Shown piece by piece: positions 14,031 through 27,535 of a DNA stretch of 64,000 bases (the first letter of the stretch is position 1; each line of letters opens with the position of its first letter). The notes under the pieces were generated by a model. That model saw only the letters and a program-made list of their open reading frames with translations, was not told where the DNA came from and made no database searches. This DNA is from Camelus ferus (lineage: Eukaryota). Location of the stretch: positions 71,178,001 through 71,242,000 of the forward strand of contig NC_045697.1 in NCBI RefSeq assembly GCF_009834535.1, given 5' to 3'. The translations under genes and the position numbers were made by a program.

Positions 14031-15059
14031 GTTTGATTAAGGAGGTTTAGGGTAAAAGGAGGCTGCAGCAACCGCTTCTTTGGGGAGCTACTGGAACATA
14101 GGAACAACTAGTTTGTGCATCATTTTACACTACAGTTCTATACATACTTGGATGTGGAAATACAGCAGAGGAAAGCATTTCTAAGAGTGAGAATATAAGC
14201 AGAATCAAAGCATCAGTTCAAATTGTGAATGCTCTGAAAATCTTTTGGCCCTTTAAACTTTACATTCACAATAGAGTTCTCTCTCCAGAGAACATCACTA
14301 CACAAAACCAAGGGGGAACACATACTTCAGCAGCAGCTACTGGGAATTACCAAATTACATAAAATTAATGGGATGTGGCTCTTTGCAACGAATAAATTTA
14401 TAGCTAAATGATGAGTGCCTTACACTTTTTATTCCACTGGGTAAATTGCTAGAGTAATCAATTCAATCAGGTCTATTAGAGAGGCCCATTACATGTCTGA
14501 TGGGCAGCTTTACATTTTTTCCCCTCCTTGTTCAGATTTCTGCCTGGGCTGAAGAAGAAATAAGCAGGTTGAATTTAAATCAGGTCTGAATTTAAATCTG
14601 GAATGCTGGGAAGTCAGATATGCAAATAGGTAAAAATGTAAAAAGAAAACCAGGATTTGGGTAAGCCAAAGACACAAAAGGATAAAGAGAAACATCAGAA
14701 ATATGTTTCATGAATAAGTCAACTATTTTCAATTAATTTCTTTAAATGCAATATTGGTAATATTCAGAAACCCTTTCTAAAACTTAAAAAAAAAAACAAA
14801 CCTAAGGATAGAATTACTGTGTTTTAGCCTTAGAAGAATCCAAACCAATATGGATGCTTGCCCCAGGTCCAAGTTATCCACGTATGAACCTGCAGAGGCT
14901 CCACGGGAGTGTACTTAAGCAAGGCTCCTCCTACCAGGAGATGGTGTGGTAGAGGGAAAAGAGATGACCTAGGCTTTACTTCCTGCAATGAGGCAAATCT
15001 CTGCATCCCTATGAAAAGTTACTTTGGATGAGATCGGGTACATTCAGGGTGGTATGGCT

Positions 15060-15243
15060 GTAGAAATAAATAAACAGCAAGGTCCTACTGTATAGCTCAG
15101 TAAACTATCCTCAGAACCTTGTAATAGCCTATTATGAAAAAGAATATATATATGTATAACTGAGTCACTATTCTGTAACCAGAAATTAACACATTGTAAA
15201 TCAACTATACTTTAATTAAAAAAATAATAATAAATTAAAAAAG
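15060..15243 (+). mobile_element. LINE-1 extreme 3' end (artiodactyl type) with A-rich tail
   Basis: 'aacagcaaggtcctactgtatagc...tatgtataactgagtcacta..agaaattaacacattgtaaatcaactatactttaattaaaaaaa'. Confidence 0.9.
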
Positions 15244-17619
15244 TTTCTTCATCCAGAAATCAGCACAGTTAATTAAGACACAAAACACACTTATGTGAGA
15301 TAGCCAGGAAACTAATTTTTTTTTAAACTACTGATCTCCAATTCAAAATTTATATGCTACTCGTTGAATTTAAAAGTTCTGAAGAAAAACAGAAAAGATC
15401 AAATCTGGGGGACATAAGTACCAGAAAACAGAAATGAAGTTTAATCACTCCATGTGCTTGAGATTGTTCAGGAAGAAAAAGGTACGCTTAATAAAAAAAA
15501 AAAAAAAAAAAAAGTAAAACTGGATTCTCCATCCATTTCTCATATCATGGATTCACATGACTTCCAGACTATCTGTATGTGTCATTATCAGAATTAAATT
15601 AAGAAATCTGTTTCTGATCCTTGAACAAGGGCTTCTGCTGCCTCTGAATCTGTACCGTATTATCCACTAATACAGAAGCAGTTCATGCAATGGAATATTA
15701 CTGGGTTAAAGTGGGCAGAAAGCTTGATGGCAGCTCTAAATCAAGACCGGTTCAAAAATCTGGAAAACATTTAAAACAACCATTTTATCTTATATCCCAG
15801 CTTTCAGCAGCCTACACACTAGATGAATCTTTCTCTGATTTTCCCTTCTGCTCATTTTCCTAAAACTGCCCAACTCCCACCACTGTCCTGACTCCCTTAC
15901 ACCATACACACATGCACACACTGTACCACACTAATGCACGCATGAGTGCACACACATCCTCACAGACACAGCACATGCTCTTGTTCGAACACCAGAGGAT
16001 ATGGAAAATACCATCCACTTGGAACCACTAATATAAGCTCTAGGCTGAGAAAAAGCACATTGAGTTACAGAACAGAGCTGTGGAAATGCGTAATGGGTAA
16101 TCAATCATTCTTGGCCAGGACCTGGATATCCTTAATCAAATACCAGCTCCTTCCTTGATGTCTGTGTAGTCTTCGGTGGTTCTTTAATTTTCCCAACCCT
16201 CACTTTTCTCAATCACTGAATCTTTGATGAAGAAATAGCTAATACACTTTCCAGTTCAAAACTCTTAATTCTTGAAAGAAAAAAAGTGGATTCAAAGGAA
16301 GACAATAGTTTTGATTTATATGATAAGGCTCTGGTATTTTTTGTATAGGATCAAAGATGCTTTATCTCATGATGGTTGGATCACAGTCTCTTACTGACAA
16401 AGATGCTGGCTTCCCTATGCCAAAGGCAAGATTACAACATTTTCCAAATATTGGTAACATTTGAAACATTAGAGGAACACATTAGTCACTCTGCCTTTAA
16501 ACTATCTGATGTTTAGTTTCAATGTGTTATTTAAAAAACATGCTTCCCGTATTCAAGTTTATGTTCTTAAAATACCTTTTGGAGAATAGTCACACACCAG
16601 AGCCAACCTCCAATAATATGCATTTCTTTACTCTCCACCAGACAAAATCTACCCTCCACCACACAAAAGTAAGTTAGAGTCTATACACTCCCACAGGATC
16701 TCCTATTTTTGTTGCTTAATCATCTTTTTTAATGTTAATGAGAGAAAAGTGAAACAGGGAGGCTATATAATTAACCTCTTCAATCTGCAAGTTGAACAAC
16801 CCAGAAACAGCATACAAAGGAGGAGGGACACAGAGTGTACAACTGAGAGGACATACCATGTTCACTTTAATCAAGTCCATGGAATAAGAGGAAGTGAGAA
16901 ATCATTTCCTCCCATAGTGCTACTGCGGACTGACTAACAGCACAAGCAAAGAGTATGCTGTCTCCAGGCAAACGAGAGCGAAGCCAACAGCTCACCTACA
17001 CAGGCACACGCTAAAGTCACGCAGGAATACAAGAGAGAATAGATCCTGTTCTGTAATGCGACACACACTTCCTGTATTTTAAAAGAGATTACTATATTTT
17101 AATAGCTGTTTCTTGAAGTTGTACCACATTCAATCCAGTGTAGTTTAGTATCCAACTGGTTACTATGGACTGATTCCATGCTTAACTAGCCCAGAGTCAG
17201 AACTCTCTATTCTGCACCATGGTGCCTGCCTGTAAAATGTTTAGAGATGCCAAACACGTGGCTCTGTGAGAACAGCTTTAAAGGAAATTATTTGAAATCA
17301 TGTCCAAGCTATGTCATCATTTTATACACCTCGCTGACAAAAAAGAAAAGGGAGAGAAACTGACTCTACCTATGAAATTGGGACTATCACAACTTGTCAG
17401 CCTGCATGTATTTCACAGAAATCTAATGAAACTTAATGAGATTGGAGAGGACTCTCTCCACACTTGTTTAAATGGATTTAAAAAAAAAAAAAAAAGGATT
17501 CCCATCAAGGCTTTTAAAAAGAGAAAAAGAAATGCAATCTGATTATACAAAAGAGAAGGCTCACAGACTGACGAGGACATTTCACAGCCCTGAGCACCAC
17601 ACAACCCCAGTCTCACTAT

Positions 17620-18720
17620 CCAACTGCGCTTGTGTCCCTTGTGTTTAACTCACCATTCTTCTCCCACAGAGTTCCAGCTCCTCTTCACTGCTACCTCAGT
17701 CTTAGTGGTGGGGCCATCATCTCTGCAATTCTCTCAATTAGAATTCCTAGGACTGGTTTCTGACTTCTCATTTTTTTATCACTCATAGTATCAAGAATTG
17801 CATTCAGTCATACAGTTTTACCATCACTTTATTTAATTCAATTTGCTACCACATCCTGCAGCCTTGTTTGTTTGTTTGTTTATTTATTTGTAAAAGGTCT
17901 TGAATTTACGTTTACCCTCCAAAGTTACTGCTGCCACCCGGGACCAGGCCTTCTTCAACCCTCTCCCAAAATATTTCAATAGCTTCTATCCTTTACTCCT
18001 CACTTTACCCAGTTTATCCCTAGAAGACTTATCTTCCTAAAACACCATTCACCATGTCCTCTAAAATCTGTATTGGTTGCATCTATATTCTGTTACGACA
18101 TTCCTCCCACAAGTGTATTTGTCACAGGAAAAATTAGAAGCACCCGTGACCAACTAGGTTTAAGATATTCTGCTTGCTATACCCCCCTCACGGAATTTCA
18201 CCATGTACAGTAATGTGTTAAAATCTCTTTAGTCTTGAGGTGTAGATCAGTTTACCTTTCTTTAGCATACTCCATGCTTCTTTGATCAAGGGACCCATGC
18301 ATTAATGGAGCAATGGGGGAAATGCTATTATCACATATCAAGGTAAAACACTTCTCTGGATTTCCATTTCCTCCTCCATCCTTATGAAACCATGACCCTC
18401 TGTTTCCCACCACTTTTCTTCACCTCTGATGTAGATAGCCCGTCTCTTTATGTATATTACAGTCATCTCTTTCCCAACCTGGATGCTCATGTTGGCTCTC
18501 TGCCTATCTCTGCCTCTATTTTCTCTAAAATTAAAGCCTGCTTAGTCTTCAAAGCCTGATGCAAGTTCTAGCTCATCCATGAAATCTTCCCCAAACACCT
18601 CATTCTATATCTGGCCTCTCTTTCTCAGAGCATAATTTCCTTAAAGGAAGTATCTATGTTTTACATGTTGGCATCTTCTCCACTTCCAACAAATATGCAT
18701 GGAGTAGGGACTGAATGAGT
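17620..18720 (+). mobile_element. Highly degraded L2 fragments, probably interrupted by an old DNA-transposon remnant (~18080-18300)
   Basis: Pyrimidine-rich L2-like motifs 'ccaggccttcttcaaccctctcccaaaatatttcaatagcttc' and 'ccatgaaatcttccccaaac'. Confidence 0.45.
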
Positions 18721-20239
18721 CTGTGCTGATGACCACACTATTGATTACCTGACACAAAGAAATGCCCAATCCGAGTAAGATATCAACTGCAATCCACACA
18801 CTGGAACACTGGGATGTTCCTCAGAGAGGAAGGAGCCAGAGAGATGCTACTTTTTATTCTGATCCTCTTCAACCAGTGAAGTCATAAATAGCACAGCAAT
18901 TCCAAATAACTTGAAAACAAAGCTTTAGGCCACTTTTGCACAGGGGAGTACAAAGCTCATCCACGACCACTAGGAGGATTTTCAAAGAGAAGACGTAAGA
19001 CATCTACTTTCCAGTCAAAAGTAATCAAATCTTAACTGATTAACAATAAATTATAAAGTATTTAAATTGTGTAGAGTTAAAATACTTTTTAGTCTTTTCT
19101 TTATATAAACAAAAAAATTACCTCTGTATATTGCTCTGAGTATAAAACAACTGCAAGTTAAATCAGTGTAGACACAGTCATTGTGTGTGTGTACACACAT
19201 ACAAACATATATGGCCATTCTGAGGTCTCCTGGTATATGTACAGAGTTAAAGAACTTTGTCACTCGTGATTTATACACATATTTAATTAAACTGTGATGC
19301 TAATGAGGCGAAAGTAAAAAGGGCTAACTCTTCCTAAGCCAATTTGCTGACCCGGAATTTGCAGCCTTCTCTTCTTGCAATCCTCACCTTGGTCTTCCAG
19401 CTGCCCCACAAAATAGTTGAATGAGAAAAATCACCAACCATACCAGAAAAACAAAGTATATATAATAATATAATAAGCAAAACATACATACTTCCTTTGG
19501 AGGGAAAAATCAGTTTGTGTTTAAATGCAAGTCACATGCAAACTTACTAACTAGACCAGAGTACTCCCTATCATAAGATCAATTTGTGGAACATTAGATA
19601 TTAAATATTTTCTAAAGCTTTGTTGTATGGAGATGTGGTAATGTCCTTACACACTGTTAATGATATATGGTCTTTACATATGCCTGCCTCCTTGTCATCA
19701 AGGGAGACCTTTCCTCAGCAACTCTTTCTATGTCAAATATTCTGCCTGTTGTACTAAGCACAGTACGAGCATCATTTTTGTAATTTTCATGAGCAAGGAA
19801 TTCAAAAATTTTAAACAAGCCTACTTATTATGTTTTTTCATATTTAATATGTTTCTCTCAGTTTGTGATTCATTTTGTATCAGGGTACAGTCAGGGTACT
19901 AAACACTATAGTCGGTATTTCAACAACAACAACAAAAATTAATATACGAAACTGGTTACAGTCGTGGCCAGGCGGAAAGAGCAGAAAAGCAACACTGAAG
20001 TAACAGAAACAAAACAGAAGCAACAAACTAGTTAATATCTGTTGACTGCTACTACGTATATGCCACTTGACCGGGCACTGCCCAAACAAGGGCAAGAAAC
20101 CCTTCCTTGCCTTACAGGGGCTTACGATAAACTGAGAGTTAAAAAATAATAAATATTTATACCCAAGAAGAATAATATAAGAAACATCCCAAGAGAGTAT
20201 ATGATTAATTGCTCCTGAACGGTACTGAAAAGGAGCTTT

Positions 20240-20600
20240 GAAAGAGCAACTACTAGGAGTTAGAAGACTGAAGTTTCAGTCTAGCCACTCTCAGTTTGTC
20301 ATTGGCAAGTCCATGAACCACTTTTGGCCCTCCCAAAGATGTAAGACTGAAGGTTCTGACAAGATGACAAGGAAGGTTCTTCCATCTCTATCATCCTGTG
20401 ATCTTTTACAATTCAGACTGCAGAACAAGTCACAGGAAGGCAGTACAATGTGAAACGAATTTGACTTTTAGAACCAGACAGAGGTAAGTGTGCATTCAAT
20501 TTCCACACTAGAATTTCTTCCTTAAATTATTCTGGTTAGAATTAGAAATGATGCATTTAAGGTATGTAAAAATATAATCAGTACTGAAGAAATGGTAATT
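20240..20600 (+). mobile_element. Two adjacent MIR-family fragments
   Basis: 'actaggagttagaagactgaagtttcagtctagccactc' and 'gacttttagaaccagacaga'. Confidence 0.55.
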
Positions 20601-21981
20601 ATTGAATTAAAGGGAGACCACTATTCTTCAGAGACAGTCTGCTGTATCACAAAATGTAAGATGGATTCTCGTCTCTCAAATGTTTAAATGCATATATTTA
20701 TCATCACTTTTAGTAAATAGTAAACATCCTATCAAATTCCACTATACATCAAACTGCTCTGGGGAAGGGGTTGTGTCATCACCACTTAGACTGACTGATG
20801 GGCATAAAAGATCAGCTCAATCAATGTTTTCAATTTAACAAAGGTATGTGTTGGGTTACCTTTTTGCATTTCAAAGTAACTTCTTTCTTTTTCCAAAGGC
20901 ACTAATGATGATATGGATGTCCAATAGCTACATACTGACAAAACTGTCTAACTTCTAATTAGTGAAATTCTGTTTTATTCTGCCTGTAACTCATTAGCAG
21001 CTACTCTTTGTAATTCAAACTTGAACTGAAATATCCTGAATACATCTGTGAGGGATTCTTAAGTGTTAAACAATGCTTAACAGAAAAAAAAAATAAATTA
21101 TTGTTTGGAGGGGGGAAATATATTTAAAAAGAATGCAGACATTACCACAAAGTTGGATGATTTCAATATCCTATTTTATAGGCATGCGTCTACCTTTGAC
21201 ATAACTTTAATACACTGTTAGCAAAAATAAGACAAATAAAATTAGCTTTAAAATTTTATTTTACATCAGATAAAACAATGCATATGCTATCATTTGTCCT
21301 TATATTTATTAACCATTCATTAAAAAGTATCATAAAGTCTTTTGGAACAAGATTGCTAGGAATTTTTCATCCACTGCAAGAGGAAAGATGGGTGTTCCTT
21401 TCTTTCTTTCCTCTTTTTTTTTTCTTTTCTTTTTTTTTTTCTTTCTTTCTTTTTTTAAACTGTATTCATCCTTCACTGAAACACCAAAGTTAAACTGAGT
21501 AAAAAAGAGCTAGCACAGAAGTTAGGGGGCTGTTATTCTGTGACAGGGCAATATGCTAACTTTCTAATTTCTTGATAACTCACTTAAGTTATCAGAACTA
21601 ATATGGTTTTAAGAACATGGCAAAGAATGTATAGCTGACATTAGCTTTTAATTTCATTTCATAAAGATAGACATTTAAAATATTTGCATTTATTATGCTT
21701 TATTTTTAATGTAGGACAGAGATGAAAAATTATCAACTTTCCCTATCTAGTTGTATGATGTATTTGCAAACATAGCTTAAATATGACAAAGCTAAATGAA
21801 CACAAAGCAAAGTAAGTTTAGTAGGTTTATATTTATCACATTTTGAAGAGTGTCCCCTCAAGACATTTACAACATAATACAAAATATAACCCAACTAATT
21901 TTCTAGTTAATTTTTCATAAGTTATATAGCAAACTACTGTTTCTCTAATTTTCTCAGTACTAAGGTACAAATGAATTAGCC

Positions 21982-22105
21982 TTTTAGGTGGGGGAGTAAC
22001 TGGGTTTATCTACGTATTTATTTTTTTAGAGGAGGTTCTGGGAACTGCACCCAGGACCTCGTGCATGCTAAGCATGTGCTCTACCACTTGAGCTATAGTC
22101 TCCCC
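21982..22105 (-). mobile_element. tRNA-derived SINE (vic-1 type)
   Basis: 'cccaggacctcgtgcatgctaagcatgtgctctaccacttgagctata'. Imperfect TSD 'tgaattagccttt' / 'tgaatagctttt'. Confidence 0.9.
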
Positions 22106-22374
22106 GTTGAATAGCTTTTTAACATTCGATTTTGGATGAATAAAGACTGTGAGTCTGAAGTGCTGTGTAGAGTCCCAAGGTAATAGTTTATTGAATATAT
22201 TATTGAATACGTAACCTCTGTAATACTTTATGGTCTAAATTTTAAAAATAAGGAACAAACTTGAGTTACAGAATTTGAGAGGCAATGAGATTTCTGATAT
22301 AAATTGGCCTAAATCTTCTCTATAGATTAAGAAACGGTTCCCTAAATAAATTAAGCCCCTGGGGTCAAGGTCAG

Positions 22375-22600
22375 ACAGCATGATGTAGTGAGAAGGCCCA
22401 CAATTGAGAGTCAGACAGATCTGGTCACTAATCCAGGCTTCACCCCTTACTGTGCTGTGTTAGACTTGTTACTGTGTCTTTCACAGCCTTAGTTTCTGTA
22501 TCTGAAAAAAGGATAGAACAGTAAGCATTTTTTAAGTTGCAGTGACATTAAACTGAACAGAGTATCATCATAGTATAGAAAAGGATGGTAAGCATATGTG
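22375..22600 (+). mobile_element. MIR SINE
   Basis: 'cagcatgatgtagtg..gagtcagacagatctgg..ccaggcttcaccccttactg..agccttagtttctgtatctgaaaaa'. Confidence 0.7.
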
Positions 22601-24733
22601 AACTTCTAGCCCTATTAAAGAAATAGCTACATACAATCCAGATTTCTTGCTTTCTTGTCTGTAAGTCACCAAGATGATATTTTTCTTAACTTGCTATTTG
22701 CTTAAAATTCAAAATACGTATTTTTCCACATAGTTTTAAAACTCATCCCAATTATGCAAATCTCATACATTCAAAACCGTACTTTTGCCATCTACATATC
22801 AAGTTAGCATAGTTAATCTTAAGTGACTTTAACAAAGCTTTTCCACTCTAGTCATTAGCCTCTGCTTTTTTTCTTTCCCCCCTGAGTGAGGTTAATTTTT
22901 TCTCAACTACAAAAATTTTAATGGGGTTAATGAGTGAGTATAATTCTCTTTGTAAACACAATGGACTGCTCACCCTTACTAAAAAAAAGTCAACCAAAAT
23001 GTGTCAGTTGTGATTACCAAGTGGACTTTTTCCTGAACAATTAGTTTGGTACAGTTATTTAAAAAGAAAAAAAAGGTTGTTCTTTCTTTCAAATAAAATA
23101 TCTTTAACTACAGCCTATAAGAGAAGAAGGCTTCCAATTGTATAAAAGAAATTGCATTTCCACATAAAAGAAAATTTTCATATTCCTTATATTTAACTTC
23201 ATTTTTATGCATTAAGATTAACTCATGAGGAAGAACTAGCAATGATTTTTTTTTAGTTCTCAAAGTATCATAAAATGATGTTTATATTAAAACCAATGTG
23301 GAATGGTGAGAAGATAATAACAAGGGAGAACTGGAAAAAGTACTTTCTATTTTCATTTATCAGAAAAAAATACATAAAATATACAGTAATAAGAAGTATA
23401 CATACTTTTTTCAATTTCTCTTTTATATTCTCCCAAAGATAAATAAAATTCTTTCATTATATAGGGTACCTTTAAATGAAAGGCCTTAGACATTTTTACT
23501 TCTGTTTTGCTAACCACAAAACTCAATTCCAGAGATTTTTCTACTGTGTGAAAATATGACTGACACACTATCCCTAGCTGCTATAAATAAAGGGAAATAT
23601 CCACGTAAGTTACATAGGGCAAAAATTAAGCTGGATCGAACAATGACTATTCCTTTGGAATATAGTACACAGACATTTTGCCCTCTAGAATTACAGACCA
23701 TTTGTTAAATGTCCCATAATTGCTAACCATGGGGATACTCTAATGCTCTTCCTGAATAATAAAAAACAAAAAGTGCTGTAGAGATTAAAAGCAATGTGCG
23801 AGTCCCAGATGAACTAAAGGTGCACAGTAAAAATGACCACTTCAATAAAAGTACATTCTAATATCCCCTTTCCTTCCTTTCCTAAGAGCTTCAGAGAAAA
23901 AGTGCCCATTGATTTCAGCCAGCTGGAAGAAGTGTTTACCATCCCCCAAAGCAAAAACAGCTTAGGATCTAAACCTCTCTCCAGAAGCAAGCATGCACAT
24001 AAATACCAAGGGTACCATCTGTGGAGGTAATGAGAGTCACAGGGTAAGTCCTAAACCAACAGTCTATCTCCTGGATCTAAGGATTGAACAGGTGATCCCT
24101 TCAGAAACTCAGAATTAGGTTCTCCTGCAAGAAAAGTTCTCATTTCAAAAGGTCGCACCTTGCTGAAAAGGTGCATTGCCAGAGTCCCCACTTCTCATCT
24201 CTGAAACTGATTTTACGACAAGATGGGTTCTGAGGAGTAAATATTATTACCCCTAATTTCCAGGTAAGAAAACTGCCTGCAAGTCCAGTTTTGAAGAGCC
24301 TGCCCACATGGCCAACGATAATCAGAAATACACAGAAGAACCCAGACCCATACTCCTGACATCAATTCCAAAGTCCATGTTCTTAGCCAAAATTACCATA
24401 CTAGTCTCCATATTACCAGTCTACCTCCATTTTAGACTAGTCTTCTTTTTCCACCATAGCCTCAAAGGAGGTAAGGTAAACACAAATTATTTCTTGGTGT
24501 GTCTGTCATATGACAAAATATTGACTTTGGCAGGGTTGTAAATACAGTAGAGAATTACCAAAAGACTATAAACATCCACTTAAATTATTTCTCACCTTTT
24601 TTCTGATTTATACATGATTTTGTTTTTCGTCAGTTGGTGGTAACACAGCAATGAAAACCAAGACACACCACCGCGGTACTGGTGAAAACCGCTCTACATG
24701 TTCTACTCGTATTTATAACTCCATGGTAATGGG

Positions 24734-24921
24734 TTTTTTTTTTTTTAATTTTTTTAAGTTTCTATGCCCTTTCCATTTCTATGTTTAAATTTCTTTTTTT
24801 GGGGGGGGCAGGGGAGTAATTAGGTTTTTATTTATTTATTTTAAAGGAGGTACTGGGGATTGAACCCAGGACCTCGCGTATGCTAAGCATGCAATTTACC
24901 CCTGAGCTACAGCCTCCCCCC
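24734..24921 (-). mobile_element. tRNA-derived SINE (vic-1 type)
   Basis: 'ggaggtactggggattgaacccaggacctcgcgtatgctaagcatgc' with a T-rich tail. TSD 'tggtaatgggttt' / 'tggtaagggttt'. Confidence 0.9.
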
Positions 24922-26764
24922 GAGTGGTAAGGGTTTCTAATTGTTTGCATCTAAACAAACAAATGCTGCACGGAAGTTTGGAATCCTCAGACCCTCTGAA
25001 GATTCTATGCAGGCTCCACATAGGTCCATGTATAATATCACCCTGCTTTATGGATACTTGAAAGTACAAGGCAAATTACAGTTAATATTAACTTACTCTT
25101 CTTATGTTGGCAACCTGGTGCAGCAGCTTAACTCCTAATGTCTCTTTCCCTCTCCTTTGAGGCACTTCTCAAGGACGTATCCCTCCTATGTAACAGACAA
25201 TTGCTCTCACTCTACCATCAAGCCTACACTTAATATTGGGGTGAGGTGAGACAGTCGGGGAGTGAGGCTGTTACCTGCAGCTGACTCCAGAAGTTTGCCT
25301 CTTGCTAAGACATGTGGCTCTTACACAGAGAGAAAAGGACTCTGGGAAACCTGATAGAGGGGGGCATCCCTTTGAAGAACGGAGAAACCAATCCTGACTC
25401 AGCTAGTAGAGTCCAAGGGTGAATCTAAACTCTCCTTGCTCACCTCCATTTCTCCTATTATACACAGAGTGGCCTAGGTGTGTTCCTGATAAATTCGGAG
25501 ATAAATTTGTTCAGAAAACCGTACTATTTGTTTCATATTTTGTGTAAGAATTAAGTGTTGTTTGACCAAAACCCCTCTTTGCTTCCATCCCAGCTTAAAT
25601 TAAGCCCTGAAAAACAAAAAGAAAAACAAAAACAAAAAAACGCTTGTTGCCAGTTTAGGGCAAAGACACTTTTTAATCCACCAAGGCATTTGGTCAAACT
25701 CAACCAACTGTCGAATATAACTTTCTAAGATCTCTGGTCCTATATTAACTTTGGATCAAAAACAACAACAAAATTTCATATATGCAAATAATAGACAAAA
25801 ACACATGCTGAGTTTGAACATGACAAGCTTTTTGCTTATGTTTATTTAATGAAGTTATTCATGCTGAAATATGATTGTCCCAAATGGTAGTTTCTCCAAC
25901 AACTACTAAATAGAAGATCGCTGCTATATTATTTTTTCACATACAGAATTATATATGTGAGAGGCAGATGGTGAATGTCAACTTGGCACCATCCCACCAT
26001 CTGCTCTTTGTATGGCTAATCAAATTCAGAGCATTACTTAAAGATTAAGGAAAGACAATGATGTAGTTGAAGCCAAGAGAAGCCTTCCTCCTAAGTTCTC
26101 CCAACATTTGCAACACATACACTACGCACCTCCAAGGGTAACAGTTTATCTATGATACATAAAACCTGTTTTACCTTCATTCTATTAAATAAAGCCTGTT
26201 TAAACAAAAGCATTCATTTCTGTAGTACCTCACAGATATTTTCTGGACAAGAAAAAAAAAATAGTAATGAACTTCTAAAAACCTATACCTATAAAAATGG
26301 GATACAGAAAATACATAACATATATCACAAGACAATATATAACAACAAAAACAACAAAGCATAAATGCTTTTGCTGAGTTTGTTTCCATTTGCTATTAGC
26401 AAGCATAAAGTACCTTAATGAAGGAAAACCTGCAACATGCTGGCTTCCTCTCTAACCGTAGTACAAAAGTGGATATATTTTGTACCACCATATAACCTTT
26501 ACCTAGATATTTTTACAGTTATTGCATTGAAAATGCAAAAATGATATCTATAATATTTACTAGATTTCATACATTTAAGACCAACTGGAGGCTACTGGTT
26601 ATTTTTTAATGACCTATTTCCATCTAAATGCAATAAATCTTATTCGTGACAACATGTACCTTTTATAAAATTATTATGTTACACAGGTATATTGTAATAC
26701 AGAGCTGATAAACTACACTAGATGATATGCTAGATATGTACTATACTAGATACCAATAACAGTA

Positions 26765-27535
26765 CAGCTTTCTCCAGTGCCTATGGTTTGCCAGGCATCA
26801 TTCTAGTTGCTTTACACCTACAAGCCCTCAAAACACCCTATCCCAGGTACATAATTTGCAGGACCCAGTGCAAAATGAAAATGCAGGGTCCTTTGTTAAA
26901 CCTGTTGGATAAAAGTTTTTTCCTTTCTCCCGTGGTCTTTCTCTCTCAACGTATTATGAGATACTTGAAGGGCAAAGGCAGATCTTCACAGATGCCCTCT
27001 CTGGTCCCTGACACTCAGCACAGGCACCACTGGCTGATCCAATTCCCCAGGCCCCCGTGCCCAGTTCCCACTGGAGGCAAAGGGAGGCAGAGGAGGCAGG
27101 AGAAGGGGCAGCCCAGGATCTTTCAGAGAAGTGGGAAGGCAGTAGCAGGTGGGACCCCATGTGAGCCATAGCTGCAAGTCTCCAGGGCAAGCTTTGCTGT
27201 CCCATCTGACTTCGTTACAAAATATAAATCCAAAGTAAAAATTATTTAAAATGTCAAGACGGTGACCACAGAGCATTAAACAACAAGCACAGGGCCATAT
27301 TGTGAGTGCTGGACCACTTGCCATGTCACTGGTTGAATGCCCGTAAAGCTGTCCCTGACCCGAAAGAGAAACACTGTTTATCTCCATTTTACAGATAAGG
27401 AAACTGAAGCATAGAGCAGATCATTAACTTCCCCCAAAGTTGCCCACATATAAGTGGCAGAGTCAGGATTCAAGCTCAAGACAGGATTTAAACAAAGTCT
27501 TGACTCTAAAAGGTCTACTGTTCTTTACACTATGC
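26765..27535 (-). mobile_element. MIR SINE split by the MER45 insertion (pieces ~26765-26837 and ~27358-27535)
   Basis: 'gtgcctatggtttgccaggcatcattctagttgctttaca' continues after the insertion as 'tctccattttacagataaggaaactgaagc...gtggcagagtcaggattcaa'. Confidence 0.8.
26838..27357 (-). mobile_element. hAT-Tip100 non-autonomous DNA transposon (MER45 family), nested in a MIR
   Basis: Ends match MER45 in reverse: 'tacataatttgcaggacccagtgcaaaatgaaaatgcagggtcc' and 'caagacggtgaccacagagcattaaac...gcccgtaaagctgtccctg'. Confidence 0.85.

Noticed and set aside
26788..27387. Three overlapping ORFs of 83-133 aa
   Set aside because: They lie within a GC-richer MER45-family non-autonomous transposon and show no transposase or other recognisable motif.
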